Virus record (IMG/VR): IMGVR_UViG_3300042526_000595
Span: 1-64,000 of that record
Direction: 5' to 3' (one strand)
DNA from: an uncultured virus (IMG/VR IMGVR_UViG_3300042526_000595)
Taxonomy: Duplodnaviria > Heunggongvirae > Uroviricota > Caudoviricetes
DNA length: 64,000 nucleotides
Below the pieces are notes generated by a model, which worked only from the letters and a program-made list of their open reading frames with translations, searched no databases and was not told the DNA's origin. Below are positions 49,149 through 59,851 of this stretch, in pieces. A program made the translations under genes and the position numbers. Each line of letters opens with the position of its first letter. The first letter of the stretch is position 1.

Positions 49149-49697
49149 ATGAAACATTTTTATATAGAGATTGATGGGTTTGCCGCGGATGAGGAACAAG
49201 GAGAATTACTTAGAACGATATTAACTAAAATTGATACCAAAACAAGTATAAATATTGCTGAAATTGGTGTTTATAAAGGAAGAGGAACCTCATTATGGAA
49301 TATAGAATTAATGAACCATAATGTTGAATACACTTATTACGCGATAGACCATTTCATGGGGTCTAATGAACATGATAAATCGGTAGATTATTATAATATA
49401 ACATTAAATAATTTACGACCAATACTTAATAAAATACATTTAATAAAAAATGATTCAGTTTCTGAATCGCAAAATTACCCTGATAATTTTTTTGATATTG
49501 TCTATATTGATGCGTCTCATGAATATGAATATGTCCTTGAAGATATTAAAAAATGGTTACCAAAAGTTAAAGATGGTGGTATAATTTGCGGAGATGATTA
49601 CATTAGTGGATGGGACGGGGTAATAATAGGGGTAAATGAAGTATTCCAAGATAAAGTGAATATTGTTGGGAAACAACAATGGTGGGTTAAAAAATAA
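49149..49697 (+). CDS. Class I SAM methyltransferase (Methyltransf_24-like)
   Basis: AEIGVYKG, FDIVYIDASH, GGIICGDDY. Confidence 0.88.
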   Translation: MKHFYIEIDGFAADEEQGELLRTILTKIDTKTSINIAEIGVYKGRGTSLWNIELMNHNVEYTYYAIDHFMGSNEHDKSVDYYNITLNNLRPILNKIHLIKNDSVSESQNYPDNFFDIVYIDASHEYEYVLEDIKKWLPKVKDGGIICGDDYISGWDGVIIGVNEVFQDKVNIVGKQQWWVKK

Positions 49698-49701
49698 TAA
49701 T

Positions 49702-50433
49702 ATGAGAGTAGCATTAGTTTGTATTGCAAAAAATGAAGATAATTACATCCAAGAATGGGTTGATTATAATAAAAAATTGGGGTTTGACGACATTTTTATT
49801 TATCAAAACAATTGGAGATGTTCTATTGATGAACCAAATGTAATTAAAATAGAATACGATGGGACAACAAGACAAGTACCCTGTTATAATGAATTTATTA
49901 AAAATTATAAAAAAGATTATGATTGGGCAGCATTTTTTGATGTTGATGAGTTTTTGGTCTTAAAAAAACATAAGAATATTAAAGAATTCATTTATGACTA
50001 TAAAGACCATAATGGTATTGGTGTTAATTGGGTTCTGTTCGGGGATAATGGTTTATCTGAAATTAACAACGAATATAGTATGGTTAAAAGATTCACAAAA
50101 TGTCAATCAAAACCAAATGAACACATTAAAACAATTCTTAATTTAAAAGAACCTAATTTTATGAATGTTCACTCTCCAGACAGAGAAATTGTTGACACTA
50201 ATCATGTAAAATTTAGAGGACCCTTTAACTATAAAGGGTTAACAGACATTGCACAACTCAATCATTACTTTTGTAAAACGAAAGAAGAGTTCATTCTTAA
50301 ATGTAGTAGGGGGAGAGCAGATTACACTATTAGTAGGTCAATTAAAGAGTTTGATTCACATAATTTTAATGAAATTACAGATTTAACAGCATACAATTTT
50401 TTCTATGGTAACAATAATATACTCAACACATAA
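49702..50433 (+). CDS. GT92/GT2-like glycosyltransferase
   Basis: VCIAKNEDNYIQEW, AFFDVDEF, LNHYFCKT; likely start ATG 49702. Confidence 0.82.
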   Translation: MRVALVCIAKNEDNYIQEWVDYNKKLGFDDIFIYQNNWRCSIDEPNVIKIEYDGTTRQVPCYNEFIKNYKKDYDWAAFFDVDEFLVLKKHKNIKEFIYDYKDHNGIGVNWVLFGDNGLSEINNEYSMVKRFTKCQSKPNEHIKTILNLKEPNFMNVHSPDREIVDTNHVKFRGPFNYKGLTDIAQLNHYFCKTKEEFILKCSRGRADYTISRSIKEFDSHNFNEITDLTAYNFFYGNNNILNT

Positions 50434-51928
50434 AGACGAAACATGCAATAACAAATTTAGACAACATTTGTTACAAAGTTCAGGTTTAAAAGATATTCAA
50501 ATATTAGAATATATTAACCACAATCAATATAGTTTATCCGAATTATACAATAGAGGTATTTCTGAATCAGAGAATGATATTATTGTATGTTGTCATAACG
50601 ATATTAAACTTGAAAATGGTTGGGGTAAGAAATTATTAAAAGATTTTGACGAAAACCCTGATTATGGTATTATAGGTAAAGCAGGTTCTTGTTATTTTCC
50701 GGAATCAGGGGTTTACTGGGAAAAAATGAATGAAACAATGGTTGGGCAAGTTTATCACCACCCTAAAGGACAGAATAAGTGGTTAAGTACTTATTCATCA
50801 AAATTACCTTATTTAATACCTGTCGTGACTATTGACGGGTTATTCATATCATTTAATAAGTTAAAAGTTAAACATCAATTTGATGAGACAATAGGTAAAT
50901 TTCATTTTTATGACCATTTATTTTGTGTCCCAAATTACTTAGATGGTATTAAAATTGGTGTTACCTCATCTTTTGAAATTACTCACGAATCCGTTGGTAA
51001 ACCTAATATAGAATTTTATCAATCAAAAGATATGTTCATTAAAAAATGGGGTAATAAATTACCTTTGGATTTAAAACCTTTGGAGGTTCATATACCAATT
51101 ATAAAAGAAAAACAATTAAAAAATATTGGTAGAGTCGCTGTAATTATACCAACAAAAGGTAAGACAGACTTATTATTTTCCTGTGTAAACTCTTTTATAA
51201 AAAATTGTAATCCCCAATTATTTGATGTATTTATTGCCGACACTGGGTCGTCAGATTTTGAAAAAAAAGAAATTAAAGAATTTATATTAGATAACCAAAC
51301 TAATATTAGGATAACCTTAATTGAGTATGATTATTATAATTTTGCAAAAATTAATAATGATGTGGTTAAAAATCATATAACCGATGAATACGAATTTTTA
51401 TTATTTTGCAATAACGATATTAAAATCCTTAACAACGTTATTTACGGGATGTTAAAACATTTTAAAGAAAATCCAAAAATTGGGACTGTTGGATGTAGAT
51501 TACATTACGGAAATAACACAATACAACATAATGGTATTGTCGCCAATTTTGATTCTGTTGGTAATTTTGGAGTAGGTCATATAGACTTAAATAAATACTA
51601 TTCTAAAACATATAAAGTTAATGATGTTATCGGTTCAACGGGTGGACTACTGATGATTAAAAAAATTATTTTTGAAAAATTAGGTTATTTTAACGAAAAT
51701 TACATTTCTTGTTTCGAGGATGTTGAATTAAATTTAAAATCCACTTTATTATGTTATCGGAATATTTGCGACACTAGCTTAGTGGCGTATCATTTTGAAA
51801 GTCAAACTCGAAATGATGACCCTGAAAATTTAAAAAAATTACAACTTGATTTTAAGAACACTTTATTCCCATTTGTTTCTAATAATATAGAAAGACTACA
51901 CAAACATATTTTAATGATTAAAACATAG
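50405..51928 (+). CDS. Two-domain GT2 glycosyltransferase
   Basis: YNRG...CHND...IDG...FHFYD; VIIPTK...CNND...FEDVE...HFESQTR. Confidence 0.85.
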   Translation: MVTIIYSTHKDETCNNKFRQHLLQSSGLKDIQILEYINHNQYSLSELYNRGISESENDIIVCCHNDIKLENGWGKKLLKDFDENPDYGIIGKAGSCYFPESGVYWEKMNETMVGQVYHHPKGQNKWLSTYSSKLPYLIPVVTIDGLFISFNKLKVKHQFDETIGKFHFYDHLFCVPNYLDGIKIGVTSSFEITHESVGKPNIEFYQSKDMFIKKWGNKLPLDLKPLEVHIPIIKEKQLKNIGRVAVIIPTKGKTDLLFSCVNSFIKNCNPQLFDVFIADTGSSDFEKKEIKEFILDNQTNIRITLIEYDYYNFAKINNDVVKNHITDEYEFLLFCNNDIKILNNVIYGMLKHFKENPKIGTVGCRLHYGNNTIQHNGIVANFDSVGNFGVGHIDLNKYYSKTYKVNDVIGSTGGLLMIKKIIFEKLGYFNENYISCFEDVELNLKSTLLCYRNICDTSLVAYHFESQTRNDDPENLKKLQLDFKNTLFPFVSNNIERLHKHILMIKT

Positions 51929-51974
51929 ACATTTAAATTAAAAGAAGTATTCTTATAAAATAAAAAACAATCAT

Positions 51975-52718
51975 ATGATGGCTGAACAACGAAAAAAAAA
52001 ACCAACCACCACCCCTATCCCTGAACCAACAGGTAAACCGGTAAGTAAAAAAGAGTTAATTGGGCAAATAATTAAGAGAAAAACTAAAGAAAAGTTTTTA
52101 ACTTTAAATCAAAAAAAGTATTACGACACCTTAATTGAAAGTGAGATTACTGTTTGTTCCGGTCCCGCCGGAACAGGCAAAAGTTACATCTCAATGAAAG
52201 CCGCTATTGATTTATTATCCGACCCCGAAACACCATATGAAAAGATTATGATTGTTCGTCCTGCGGTTGAAAGTAGTTCATCTACGTTAGGGAGTCTTCC
52301 CGGTGATTTACGAGAAAAAATGGGACCATATGTTTATTCATCACTATCGTTATTACATAAAATAATCGGTAAAGAAACTACAGAGAAATTGGAACAGTCG
52401 GGTGTTTTGGAAATAATGTCTTTATCATTTCTTAGAGGGTTTAACGCCGACAATATGATTTTAATTTTAGAAGAAAGTCAAAATTCTACACCGTCTGAAA
52501 TGAAAATGTTGTTAACAAGGATTGGGTTTAACGCTAAATTTTTCATAAGTGGAGATATTGAACAATCAGACAAATTTAAAAAAAAGGAGTTATCGGGTTT
52601 ATACGACGCAATCAAAAGATTATCCGATGTTAAAAATATTGGGATATTTGAATTTAATAATGATGATGTCGTTAGAAACCCTATTATTAAAATAATCTTA
52701 CAAAGATATGAGGATTAA
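51975..52718 (+). CDS. phoH: PhoH-family ATPase
   Basis: GPAGTGKS, RPAVE, LGSLPG, FLRG, EESQN, LLTRIG, GDIEQSD, VVRNP. Confidence 0.93.
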   Translation: MMAEQRKKKPTTTPIPEPTGKPVSKKELIGQIIKRKTKEKFLTLNQKKYYDTLIESEITVCSGPAGTGKSYISMKAAIDLLSDPETPYEKIMIVRPAVESSSSTLGSLPGDLREKMGPYVYSSLSLLHKIIGKETTEKLEQSGVLEIMSLSFLRGFNADNMILILEESQNSTPSEMKMLLTRIGFNAKFFISGDIEQSDKFKKKELSGLYDAIKRLSDVKNIGIFEFNNDDVVRNPIIKIILQRYED

Positions 52719-53713
52719 TTTTTAATTCTTTGTAAATTAACCAATAGATGGTTTAGTTTATTTTTTTTAACATAAGAATAAGTACCAAAATCATTAGTGA
52801 TTAATTCATTAAGGTATTGGTACTTATTTATTTTTTCAATAACTTCACCCAATTCTCGTTTTTTTCTTCTACAACACATATGTTTAGTTAATTCATCAAT
52901 TAAACCTAATTTTGATATTTTAACATAAATTGGACGCTCATTTTTATAAAACTCAGCAAATGAATTATATGTGTTAGTAATCTTAATTAAATCGTCAATA
53001 TCATATACTTCAGAATAAGGGTTACCAATAATAACATTATTAATTTCATTAACCGATATGTTAATTTTTAAATCTTCAAGTTTTAATATTAATTGATTTT
53101 TTATATCTGTTTCATAATCTCTATTATTTTCGTTAAGAGTTATTAATGTGATGTTTTTTAATAATGATAAATTATTTTTTAACTTATCCCGTTCGTTATC
53201 AATATGCCATCCCTTACCGTTATATTCAAACCCAAGATTATAGTCTGGTAAATATACATCAATTTCATATGGTTTTAATGTTCTTCTATCATTATAGACT
53301 ATATTATCAGTGTTATATAATTTAGAAATAATATCTTTAAGAATTAATTGTGGAATACTAAACGACTTTGAAATCATATGGGAACAGATATCATTTAAAA
53401 CACCATTTCGTCTTGAAGAAGAGTATGCTGACGGGTCATTCTTTTGAAATTCCGATTTTGTTTTATATTTTTTTGCAATTAATGATAATGTTTCGTAATT
53501 CAAATCCCTACCAACCATTTTATTTCTTTTAGAGATACATTTTGATTTATGAGAGTTTGATTTATGTAACCCTAATTTATTTGCTTTAACATAAATAGAT
53601 AGTTTAGTTCTATCCAGAATTTTACACAATTCAGAATTAAACATATTTGAATAATTTTTCACTAAATAATTAATTTCGTCTTCCGACCAAACTTTTCTTT
53701 TATTTTCTTCCAT
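52715..53713 (-). mobile_element. Putative free-standing homing endonuclease (repeated DNA-binding modules plus PD-(D/E)xK-type nuclease)
   Basis: WSEDEINYL; KYKTKSEF...AY...ICSHM-type repeats; EIDVYLP...FEYNGKGWH; lies opposite to its neighbours with its own promoter. Confidence 0.72.
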
Positions 53714-53719
53714 ATATTA

Positions 53720-53750
53720 TATAAATACCCTAATTTTTCTTAAAAGTCAA
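53720..53750 (-). promoter_or_regulatory. Promoter of the endonuclease gene (TTGACT...TATTTATA)
   Basis: TATTTATA 6 nt upstream of start 53713, with TTGACT further upstream. Confidence 0.6.
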
Positions 53751-53797
53751 ATATTTACAAAAAAAAATATATAATTATTTTAATATAAAACAAATAA

Positions 53798-54400
53798 ATG
53801 AGAATAGCAATTGAGATTAATGGAGTATTAAGAAATACGATAGATAAAATAGTACAGACATATCAAAAATATATGATAGATAAGACGGAGGGTTTAGAGG
53901 ATGAAGAATCTTTTAAATATGAGATATCATTACCGGTTGATAGTTTAAACCTTAGAAACCATTTTAAATTTCAAAATGATGATGAATTATTTTCATTTTT
54001 ATATGAAGAATTTCCAATGGAAATATTTGGTCATTCACAATCTTCGGAATATTCAACTTTCACCGATTTAAATGAAGTGTATGTAAATTTGAGAGACAAC
54101 CACGAATTATTAATTGTGTCTGACGAAATTGGTAGGTCTAAACCAGCATCATTATTTTTCTTATCAAAATTTGGTTGTTTATTAGAAAAAGTGAAATTTT
54201 ATAGTAATTCCACAATAAATTCTATGTGGAACGAAATTGATGTTTTACTTACATCAAATCCTACCTTATTATTAGAACATCCTTCAGATAAAATATTAAT
54301 AAAATTTGAGACGGAGTACAATAAAGAGATTAACACAATCCATTCAATAACATCAATTAAAGAATTGGACGATAAATTAAAAAAAATTATAGAATGTTAA
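53798..54400 (+). CDS. HAD-fold 5'(3')-nucleotidase-like protein with degenerate motif I
   Basis: MRIAIEINGVLRN in place of DxDGVL. Confidence 0.6.
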   Translation: MRIAIEINGVLRNTIDKIVQTYQKYMIDKTEGLEDEESFKYEISLPVDSLNLRNHFKFQNDDELFSFLYEEFPMEIFGHSQSSEYSTFTDLNEVYVNLRDNHELLIVSDEIGRSKPASLFFLSKFGCLLEKVKFYSNSTINSMWNEIDVLLTSNPTLLLEHPSDKILIKFETEYNKEINTIHSITSIKELDDKLKKIIEC

Positions 54401-54669
54401 AAGTATTAGGTGAAAATTATTATTTGGATTTAGATAAAATTGATGCTTATGTTCAAATAGAAGAGAAAGTATCGTCATCCGGAGAAACAGAGGGCACGGC
54501 AATTAGTATTATAAAATACGAAACAATTAAATTAATGTTAGAAATTATAATGGACGAGCAGGAAGAAATTGATGATAAATTAGGTATTAAAGGTATTAGT
54601 CAATTATCAATTCCGTTTAAATTAGCCTTTAACACTTTATTATATAAAAATTTACTAAATAAATTATAA
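54394..54669 (+). CDS. Hypothetical protein
   Basis: 91-aa overlapping ORF. Confidence 0.7.
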   Translation: MLKVLGENYYLDLDKIDAYVQIEEKVSSSGETEGTAISIIKYETIKLMLEIIMDEQEEIDDKLGIKGISQLSIPFKLAFNTLLYKNLLNKL

Positions 54670-54673
54670 CACA

Positions 54674-55735
54674 ATGACACAAGAACAAATTTCAAAAATA
54701 GAGAAATCTATAGAGAACATGAAAGATAAGAAATCAAGAATTTATCTTTTGGTTCAAGACACTAAAGGTAATGCAAAAGCTTCCTTATCTTATATCTATA
54801 ATTTAGGTATATCATTATTAAACGAAGGTTATAATGTAATTATGTTACACGAAAAATCTGACTACACAGGAGTTCAAAGTTGGTTAGGTCAAGAGTACAT
54901 GGATTTATTACCTCATAAACCAATTGAAGGTGAAAATTTAGAAGTTTCTCCTGAAGACTTTATTATTTTACCAGAACTTTACGGATTTGTAATGAGTCAA
55001 ATCTCCAAGTTACCTTGTGGTAAAATAGTATTATGTCAAGCATATGACCACATATTAGAAACTTTACAACCAGGTCAAACTTGGTCACAATTAGGGTTTT
55101 TTAAATGTATAACAACATCAGAGATTCAAAAAGAATATTTAGAAAATATTATGAGAAATGTATCATTTGATATATTAAAACCTTTTATCTCCGATGAATT
55201 TACTCCAAACACATTACCATCAAAACCAATAATTGCAATACATGCGAGAGACCAAAGAGATTCCACTAACATAATAAAATCTTTTTATATTAAATTCCCC
55301 CAATATAGATGGGTAACATTTAGAGATATGAGAGGGTTATCAGAAACTGAATTTGCTAAAGCATTAAAAGAATGTTTCCTTTCTGTGTGGATTGATGAAA
55401 CAAGTTCATACGGTACTTTCCCTTTAGAATCTATGAAATGTAATGTTCCGGTTTTAGGGTTAGCACCTAATTTAGTACCTGAATGGATGAATGAAGATAA
55501 TGGTGTTTGGATTAATAATAAAATACAAATTGTTGATTATATTTCTGACTTTTTACAAAATTGGTTAGAAGATAGTATTAACGAAAATTTAGAAGGTGAA
55601 ATGTTAAAAACCGTTGGAACTCTATCTACCAAAGAAACTTTCAACTCTGAAGTTATAAACCTTTTTGAAAGATACTTGTCTGTTAGATTAGAATCATTTG
55701 AAGAACAATTATCTAAACTAGAAACAATAGAATAA
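54674..55735 (+). CDS. GT-B (GT4-like) glycosyltransferase
   Basis: DFIILPE, SSYGTFPLESMKCNVPV. Confidence 0.65.
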   Translation: MTQEQISKIEKSIENMKDKKSRIYLLVQDTKGNAKASLSYIYNLGISLLNEGYNVIMLHEKSDYTGVQSWLGQEYMDLLPHKPIEGENLEVSPEDFIILPELYGFVMSQISKLPCGKIVLCQAYDHILETLQPGQTWSQLGFFKCITTSEIQKEYLENIMRNVSFDILKPFISDEFTPNTLPSKPIIAIHARDQRDSTNIIKSFYIKFPQYRWVTFRDMRGLSETEFAKALKECFLSVWIDETSSYGTFPLESMKCNVPVLGLAPNLVPEWMNEDNGVWINNKIQIVDYISDFLQNWLEDSINENLEGEMLKTVGTLSTKETFNSEVINLFERYLSVRLESFEEQLSKLETIE

Positions 55736-55736
55736 T

Positions 55737-56549
55737 ATGGAAGAAACTAAAACATTTGATGTATCCGTAATATTACCAATAAAATCAGGTAAAACATTAG
55801 GATTTGCAGAGTATTTTGAAAAATGTATACTATCATTACAAAATCAAAAAGTAGAAATAAATGAACTAATAATTGTTCATACTAACGAAAGTTATTTGAC
55901 CGATTATTTAAATGAGTTTGACTTTGGAAGTTTAACGGTTAAAAAATATGAATGGACTAAAGACCCTAACTACGCCGACCAAATAAACTATGGTGTTAGA
56001 AATTCAAATTCAGAATGGGTCTCATTGTTTGAATTTGATGATGAGTATTCCAGTATTTGGTTTAAAAATGTTAACCTTTACAGTGAGGTGTATCCCGATG
56101 TAAATGCGTTTTTACCAATCGTTGTAGATACTGACGAATCAGGTAAATTTGCCGGATTCACAAATGAAGCAACTTTTGCGGCCAATTTTACTGAAGAAAT
56201 GGGTGTATTAACTAATGAAACATTACTTGACTATCAAAATTTCCAAACATCAGGTATGGTGATTAAAAAATCATCATTTATTGATTTTGGATTAATTAAG
56301 TCATCATTTAAATTAACCTTTGGTTATGAATTCTTTTTAAGAATGACACATAACTCGGTAAAAATTATATCAATCCCAAAAATAGGTTATAAACATACAA
56401 ATTTAAGACAAGGGTCTATTTTTTGGAATTATAAAAATGGTGAAAATGTGTTAACCGATGATGAGATTAAGTTTTGGATTGATTCAGCAAAAAAAGAATA
56501 TTTCTTTATTAATGATAGAAACATAAAATACGAACCTCAAGAAGTTTAA
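55737..56549 (+). CDS. GT2-like glycosyltransferase
   Basis: VSVILPI, INYGV...WVSLFEFDD, FFLRM. Confidence 0.7.
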   Translation: MEETKTFDVSVILPIKSGKTLGFAEYFEKCILSLQNQKVEINELIIVHTNESYLTDYLNEFDFGSLTVKKYEWTKDPNYADQINYGVRNSNSEWVSLFEFDDEYSSIWFKNVNLYSEVYPDVNAFLPIVVDTDESGKFAGFTNEATFAANFTEEMGVLTNETLLDYQNFQTSGMVIKKSSFIDFGLIKSSFKLTFGYEFFLRMTHNSVKIISIPKIGYKHTNLRQGSIFWNYKNGENVLTDDEIKFWIDSAKKEYFFINDRNIKYEPQEV

Positions 56550-57298
56550 TGAGTGAAATAGTTAATTTAACAGGAGATACCGTTGTTGAGTTAAAAAAGA
56601 AAGGTAGAAAACCAACTCAATTAAATTACTTTGATGTTCGGGAAGAATTAGCGGTTGTTAGATTTCTAGCAACCGATAATTATGAAGAAAGAAATAAAAT
56701 TTATAATGAGTTTTTAAAACAACCTTTAGATAAGATGATATCCTCGATTATTCGTAGATATAAATTATATAGAAAAGATATGGATTTCACAGAAATTCAT
56801 GTAGATACTCATTCATTTTTAATGACCAAGATTGAAAAATTTAAACCTTCCAGAGAAAAGAAGGCGTATTCTTATTTTGGTACCATATGTAAAAATTATT
56901 TAATGGGTCAAATCATTAAAGACCAAAAAGAAACAAATAGAAAAATATCATACGAGGATATTTCAACAAGTATTGAAAATAATGAAATGTTTTCATATAG
57001 CATAGAAAACGATGGATTAGACCCCGAAAGAATTATCAGACATTTTTTGTTAGATTTAGAAAAATTTATTAAAGATGGTAACCTGTCAGAAAATGAAGTT
57101 AAACTAGGTCATGCATTATACGAAATATTTGAGAATTACGATAAAATTTTTGTAGGAAATGATAATAATAAATTTAACAAAAACATTATTTTATTATCGT
57201 TGAGAGAGATGACAAACTTAACAACAAAAGAAATTAGAGGGTCTATGAAAAAATTTAAAAATATGTATTTGGTGTTAATTCAAAATATGGTTAAATAA
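56549..57298 (+). CDS. Phage late-transcription sigma factor, T4 gp55-like
   Basis: KIEKFKPSREKKAYSYFGTICKNYL resembles sigma region 2 of gp55-type proteins. Confidence 0.65.
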   Translation: MSEIVNLTGDTVVELKKKGRKPTQLNYFDVREELAVVRFLATDNYEERNKIYNEFLKQPLDKMISSIIRRYKLYRKDMDFTEIHVDTHSFLMTKIEKFKPSREKKAYSYFGTICKNYLMGQIIKDQKETNRKISYEDISTSIENNEMFSYSIENDGLDPERIIRHFLLDLEKFIKDGNLSENEVKLGHALYEIFENYDKIFVGNDNNKFNKNIILLSLREMTNLTTKEIRGSMKKFKNMYLVLIQNMVK

Positions 57299-57312
57299 AT
57301 TACACACCTAAA

Positions 57313-57320
57313 TATTTATC
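57313..57320 (+). promoter_or_regulatory. Putative late promoter TATTTATC
   Basis: 3 nt before ATG 57324. Confidence 0.55.
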
Positions 57321-57323
57321 ATT

Positions 57324-57704
57324 ATGGGAAGACCGAAAAAAAACGAAATTAATTTATCAAAAGAATCAATGTTATCATTGATGCAAGAAATCTATAATGA
57401 ATTAGTTGAACAGAGAAATACCGCAATTAGAATTCAAAATAAAATGTTAACAATGATGAAGGAACCGGAAGATATGACTATCATAGGGCCTGTGATTGAG
57501 AAACAACAAAAAATAATTAATGATTGTGTTGAGAAAAAATTAACTCTTTCTAAACTCCAATCCGGTATGTGGGAAAAATCTAATAACAATAATAATAACG
57601 AAAGTTTTTCTATTACTGATTTAGGTGATGACGACGATTTATTAAAAACCTTAATTGAAAAAGACATATCCAAAAGTTCTGATTCTTATAAAATGAAAAA
57701 ATAA
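57324..57704 (+). CDS. Hypothetical coiled-coil protein
   Basis: 126-aa ORF. Confidence 0.7.
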   Translation: MGRPKKNEINLSKESMLSLMQEIYNELVEQRNTAIRIQNKMLTMMKEPEDMTIIGPVIEKQQKIINDCVEKKLTLSKLQSGMWEKSNNNNNNESFSITDLGDDDDLLKTLIEKDISKSSDSYKMKK

Positions 57705-57710
57705 TTTAAA

Positions 57711-59633
57711 ATGGGATTAGATTTAAACTTTGACTATAATTCTGTTCAAAATAAAATAAATGCAACAAAATCATATACCGATTTAAAAGGTCAGTATGAT
57801 GATACTACTAAAAAAGCGGGTGAATCATTTGAGAAAGCAAAATCAGACGTTACCGGTCAAATCCAAAATTTAAAAAATCAATCTAAAAGATATCAAAAAG
57901 AGATTAAAACTCAACTTGAACAACTATTAGATATTAACAAAATCACTGGTGGTAAGGGAGGGAATTCAACTAAATATGTTAAAAGATTATTTTTAACAGC
58001 CCTTAAAAATATTGAACCTAAAATCGCTAAAATTTTATCTGAAGAGGCTTTAAATGCTGTTGGATGTGACCAACAGCAATCTTTTAGTGCTCAAACTATC
58101 TATATTAAAGTTAAGTCCATTGATTTAATCAATCTTTTAAAATTATCACCAACTGAAGATGATGGAAAACCATTGTACGAAAAACAACCAATATCTGTAC
58201 AAAATTATCCATTTGCAATGAATAAAGAATTATACGAATTAATTCAAAATGGTAATCCATATTCAACTACTAATGGTCAATTATATAAAGGACAATCGGG
58301 TAAAGATTTATTTGATATTCAATATGTTGAACAAAACAATTTAGGTCTTACTGGACCTTGGTACAAAGTAACTTTAAAAGACCGTATTGGGATTGGGGGC
58401 GGAACACCAAATAAAGTCGGTGAATTTATGGTAGATTATTTCAAAACAATTAGAGTTGTTGATACCACAAATATAATGGCAAATATTATGGAAGCCTTAT
58501 CAGGGGCGGTTTCAATAAAAGCCAACGCTGGTATTGGTCAAATTGGTGACCAAACTAAATTTGGAGCAATTGTTCAAAGAATATTAGGGTTATGTTTTGA
58601 TAATAGAAAAGAAATTGATGTTAGTGGAATTGCCAAATTAGCCGATTTAGATGGTGTTGATGAATCATTTTTTGAATTTAATGAAATTGATTTAAGAAAA
58701 ATAGAACAGACAATCACAAATATAAAAAATGGGGTTATAGAATTTGAAGGATGTGATAACATTAAAGTTCCTGTGAATGCAAATGCAATTTTTGAAGATT
58801 TAAATAATTTAAATTTTGTATCCGATAATGATTTGGTTGATGCGATGGATAATTTAACCAATTCGTTAATTAATGACCCTGTTTGGGGTTTATCACCTCA
58901 AATAGATGTGCAAGCGGCGGTTGATTTTAATTTTATAAAATTAATGTGTCAAGGAATTGCGTCATCATTATTATCTCCAAAAATATTATTGCCAATTTAC
59001 ATTATGTTAAAATCTTTAGGTCAATCAGCGGTTGATTTAATTAATTCTTTTATGACTTTTATTAAAGAATTTAAAAAATTTGCAATTAATGTTATCTCAA
59101 AAGTTGGTGCGATTTTTATTGAAGAATTATTTGAATTGATTAAAAGAGACATTATGGTATTAATTCAGAAAGTAGTTACTGATTTAATAAAAGAAAAAAT
59201 TAATAAAAGATTAACGATGATTTTAAAATTAGTACAATTATTATTAATTGTGTCAAGTTTTATTAGTGATTGGAGACGATGTAAAAGCGTTGTTGATGAA
59301 ATATTATCAATGTTATCGTTAATAACATCATCAATACCTGGTCTTGGTGGTGGAATACCATTACCATTATTATTCGCCTCACAATTATTGGACGGGTATT
59401 CAGCATCAAGAGCTTTTATTGGTTCTATTGAGGAATTCCAAAAAATTGGGGTCCCAACAGGTGCATTACCAGATGGGAGTCCAAATTTAGACATATTATC
59501 AAAATTTGGACAAATGAAAGCTATGGCAAATGAAGAAGATTCAAATGGTAAATTAGAGATAGCTATAGGACCATTAACAATGACACCAGCAGGTTTAACT
59601 ATCCCATCTAAAGCCTCCGGAAAAAAAATATAA
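57711..59633 (+). CDS. Hypothetical, probably structural protein
   Basis: 640-aa ORF in late operon upstream of the spike gene. Confidence 0.6.
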   Translation: MGLDLNFDYNSVQNKINATKSYTDLKGQYDDTTKKAGESFEKAKSDVTGQIQNLKNQSKRYQKEIKTQLEQLLDINKITGGKGGNSTKYVKRLFLTALKNIEPKIAKILSEEALNAVGCDQQQSFSAQTIYIKVKSIDLINLLKLSPTEDDGKPLYEKQPISVQNYPFAMNKELYELIQNGNPYSTTNGQLYKGQSGKDLFDIQYVEQNNLGLTGPWYKVTLKDRIGIGGGTPNKVGEFMVDYFKTIRVVDTTNIMANIMEALSGAVSIKANAGIGQIGDQTKFGAIVQRILGLCFDNRKEIDVSGIAKLADLDGVDESFFEFNEIDLRKIEQTITNIKNGVIEFEGCDNIKVPVNANAIFEDLNNLNFVSDNDLVDAMDNLTNSLINDPVWGLSPQIDVQAAVDFNFIKLMCQGIASSLLSPKILLPIYIMLKSLGQSAVDLINSFMTFIKEFKKFAINVISKVGAIFIEELFELIKRDIMVLIQKVVTDLIKEKINKRLTMILKLVQLLLIVSSFISDWRRCKSVVDEILSMLSLITSSIPGLGGGIPLPLLFASQLLDGYSASRAFIGSIEEFQKIGVPTGALPDGSPNLDILSKFGQMKAMANEEDSNGKLEIAIGPLTMTPAGLTIPSKASGKKI

Positions 59634-59635
59634 TT

Positions 59636-59851
59636 ATGACAAAAATAGAAGAATCAGAAAAGGCGTTAGATATTATAAAAAATTATAAATCTTCATCAAA
59701 CAAAGATTTAATTTTTGTTATGGATTTTATCCAAGAAGATTTTAAATTAACAAAAGAAACTATTATCAAATTAACAGAACATTTAGATAAGGTTGAGGTT
59801 ACCTATAACACAATTTTAAAAGAATATCAAAAAAGAACAAATACTAAATAA
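59636..59851 (+). CDS. Hypothetical protein
   Basis: 71-aa ORF; TAATG coupling to next gene. Confidence 0.65.
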   Translation: MTKIEESEKALDIIKNYKSSSNKDLIFVMDFIQEDFKLTKETIIKLTEHLDKVEVTYNTILKEYQKRTNTK

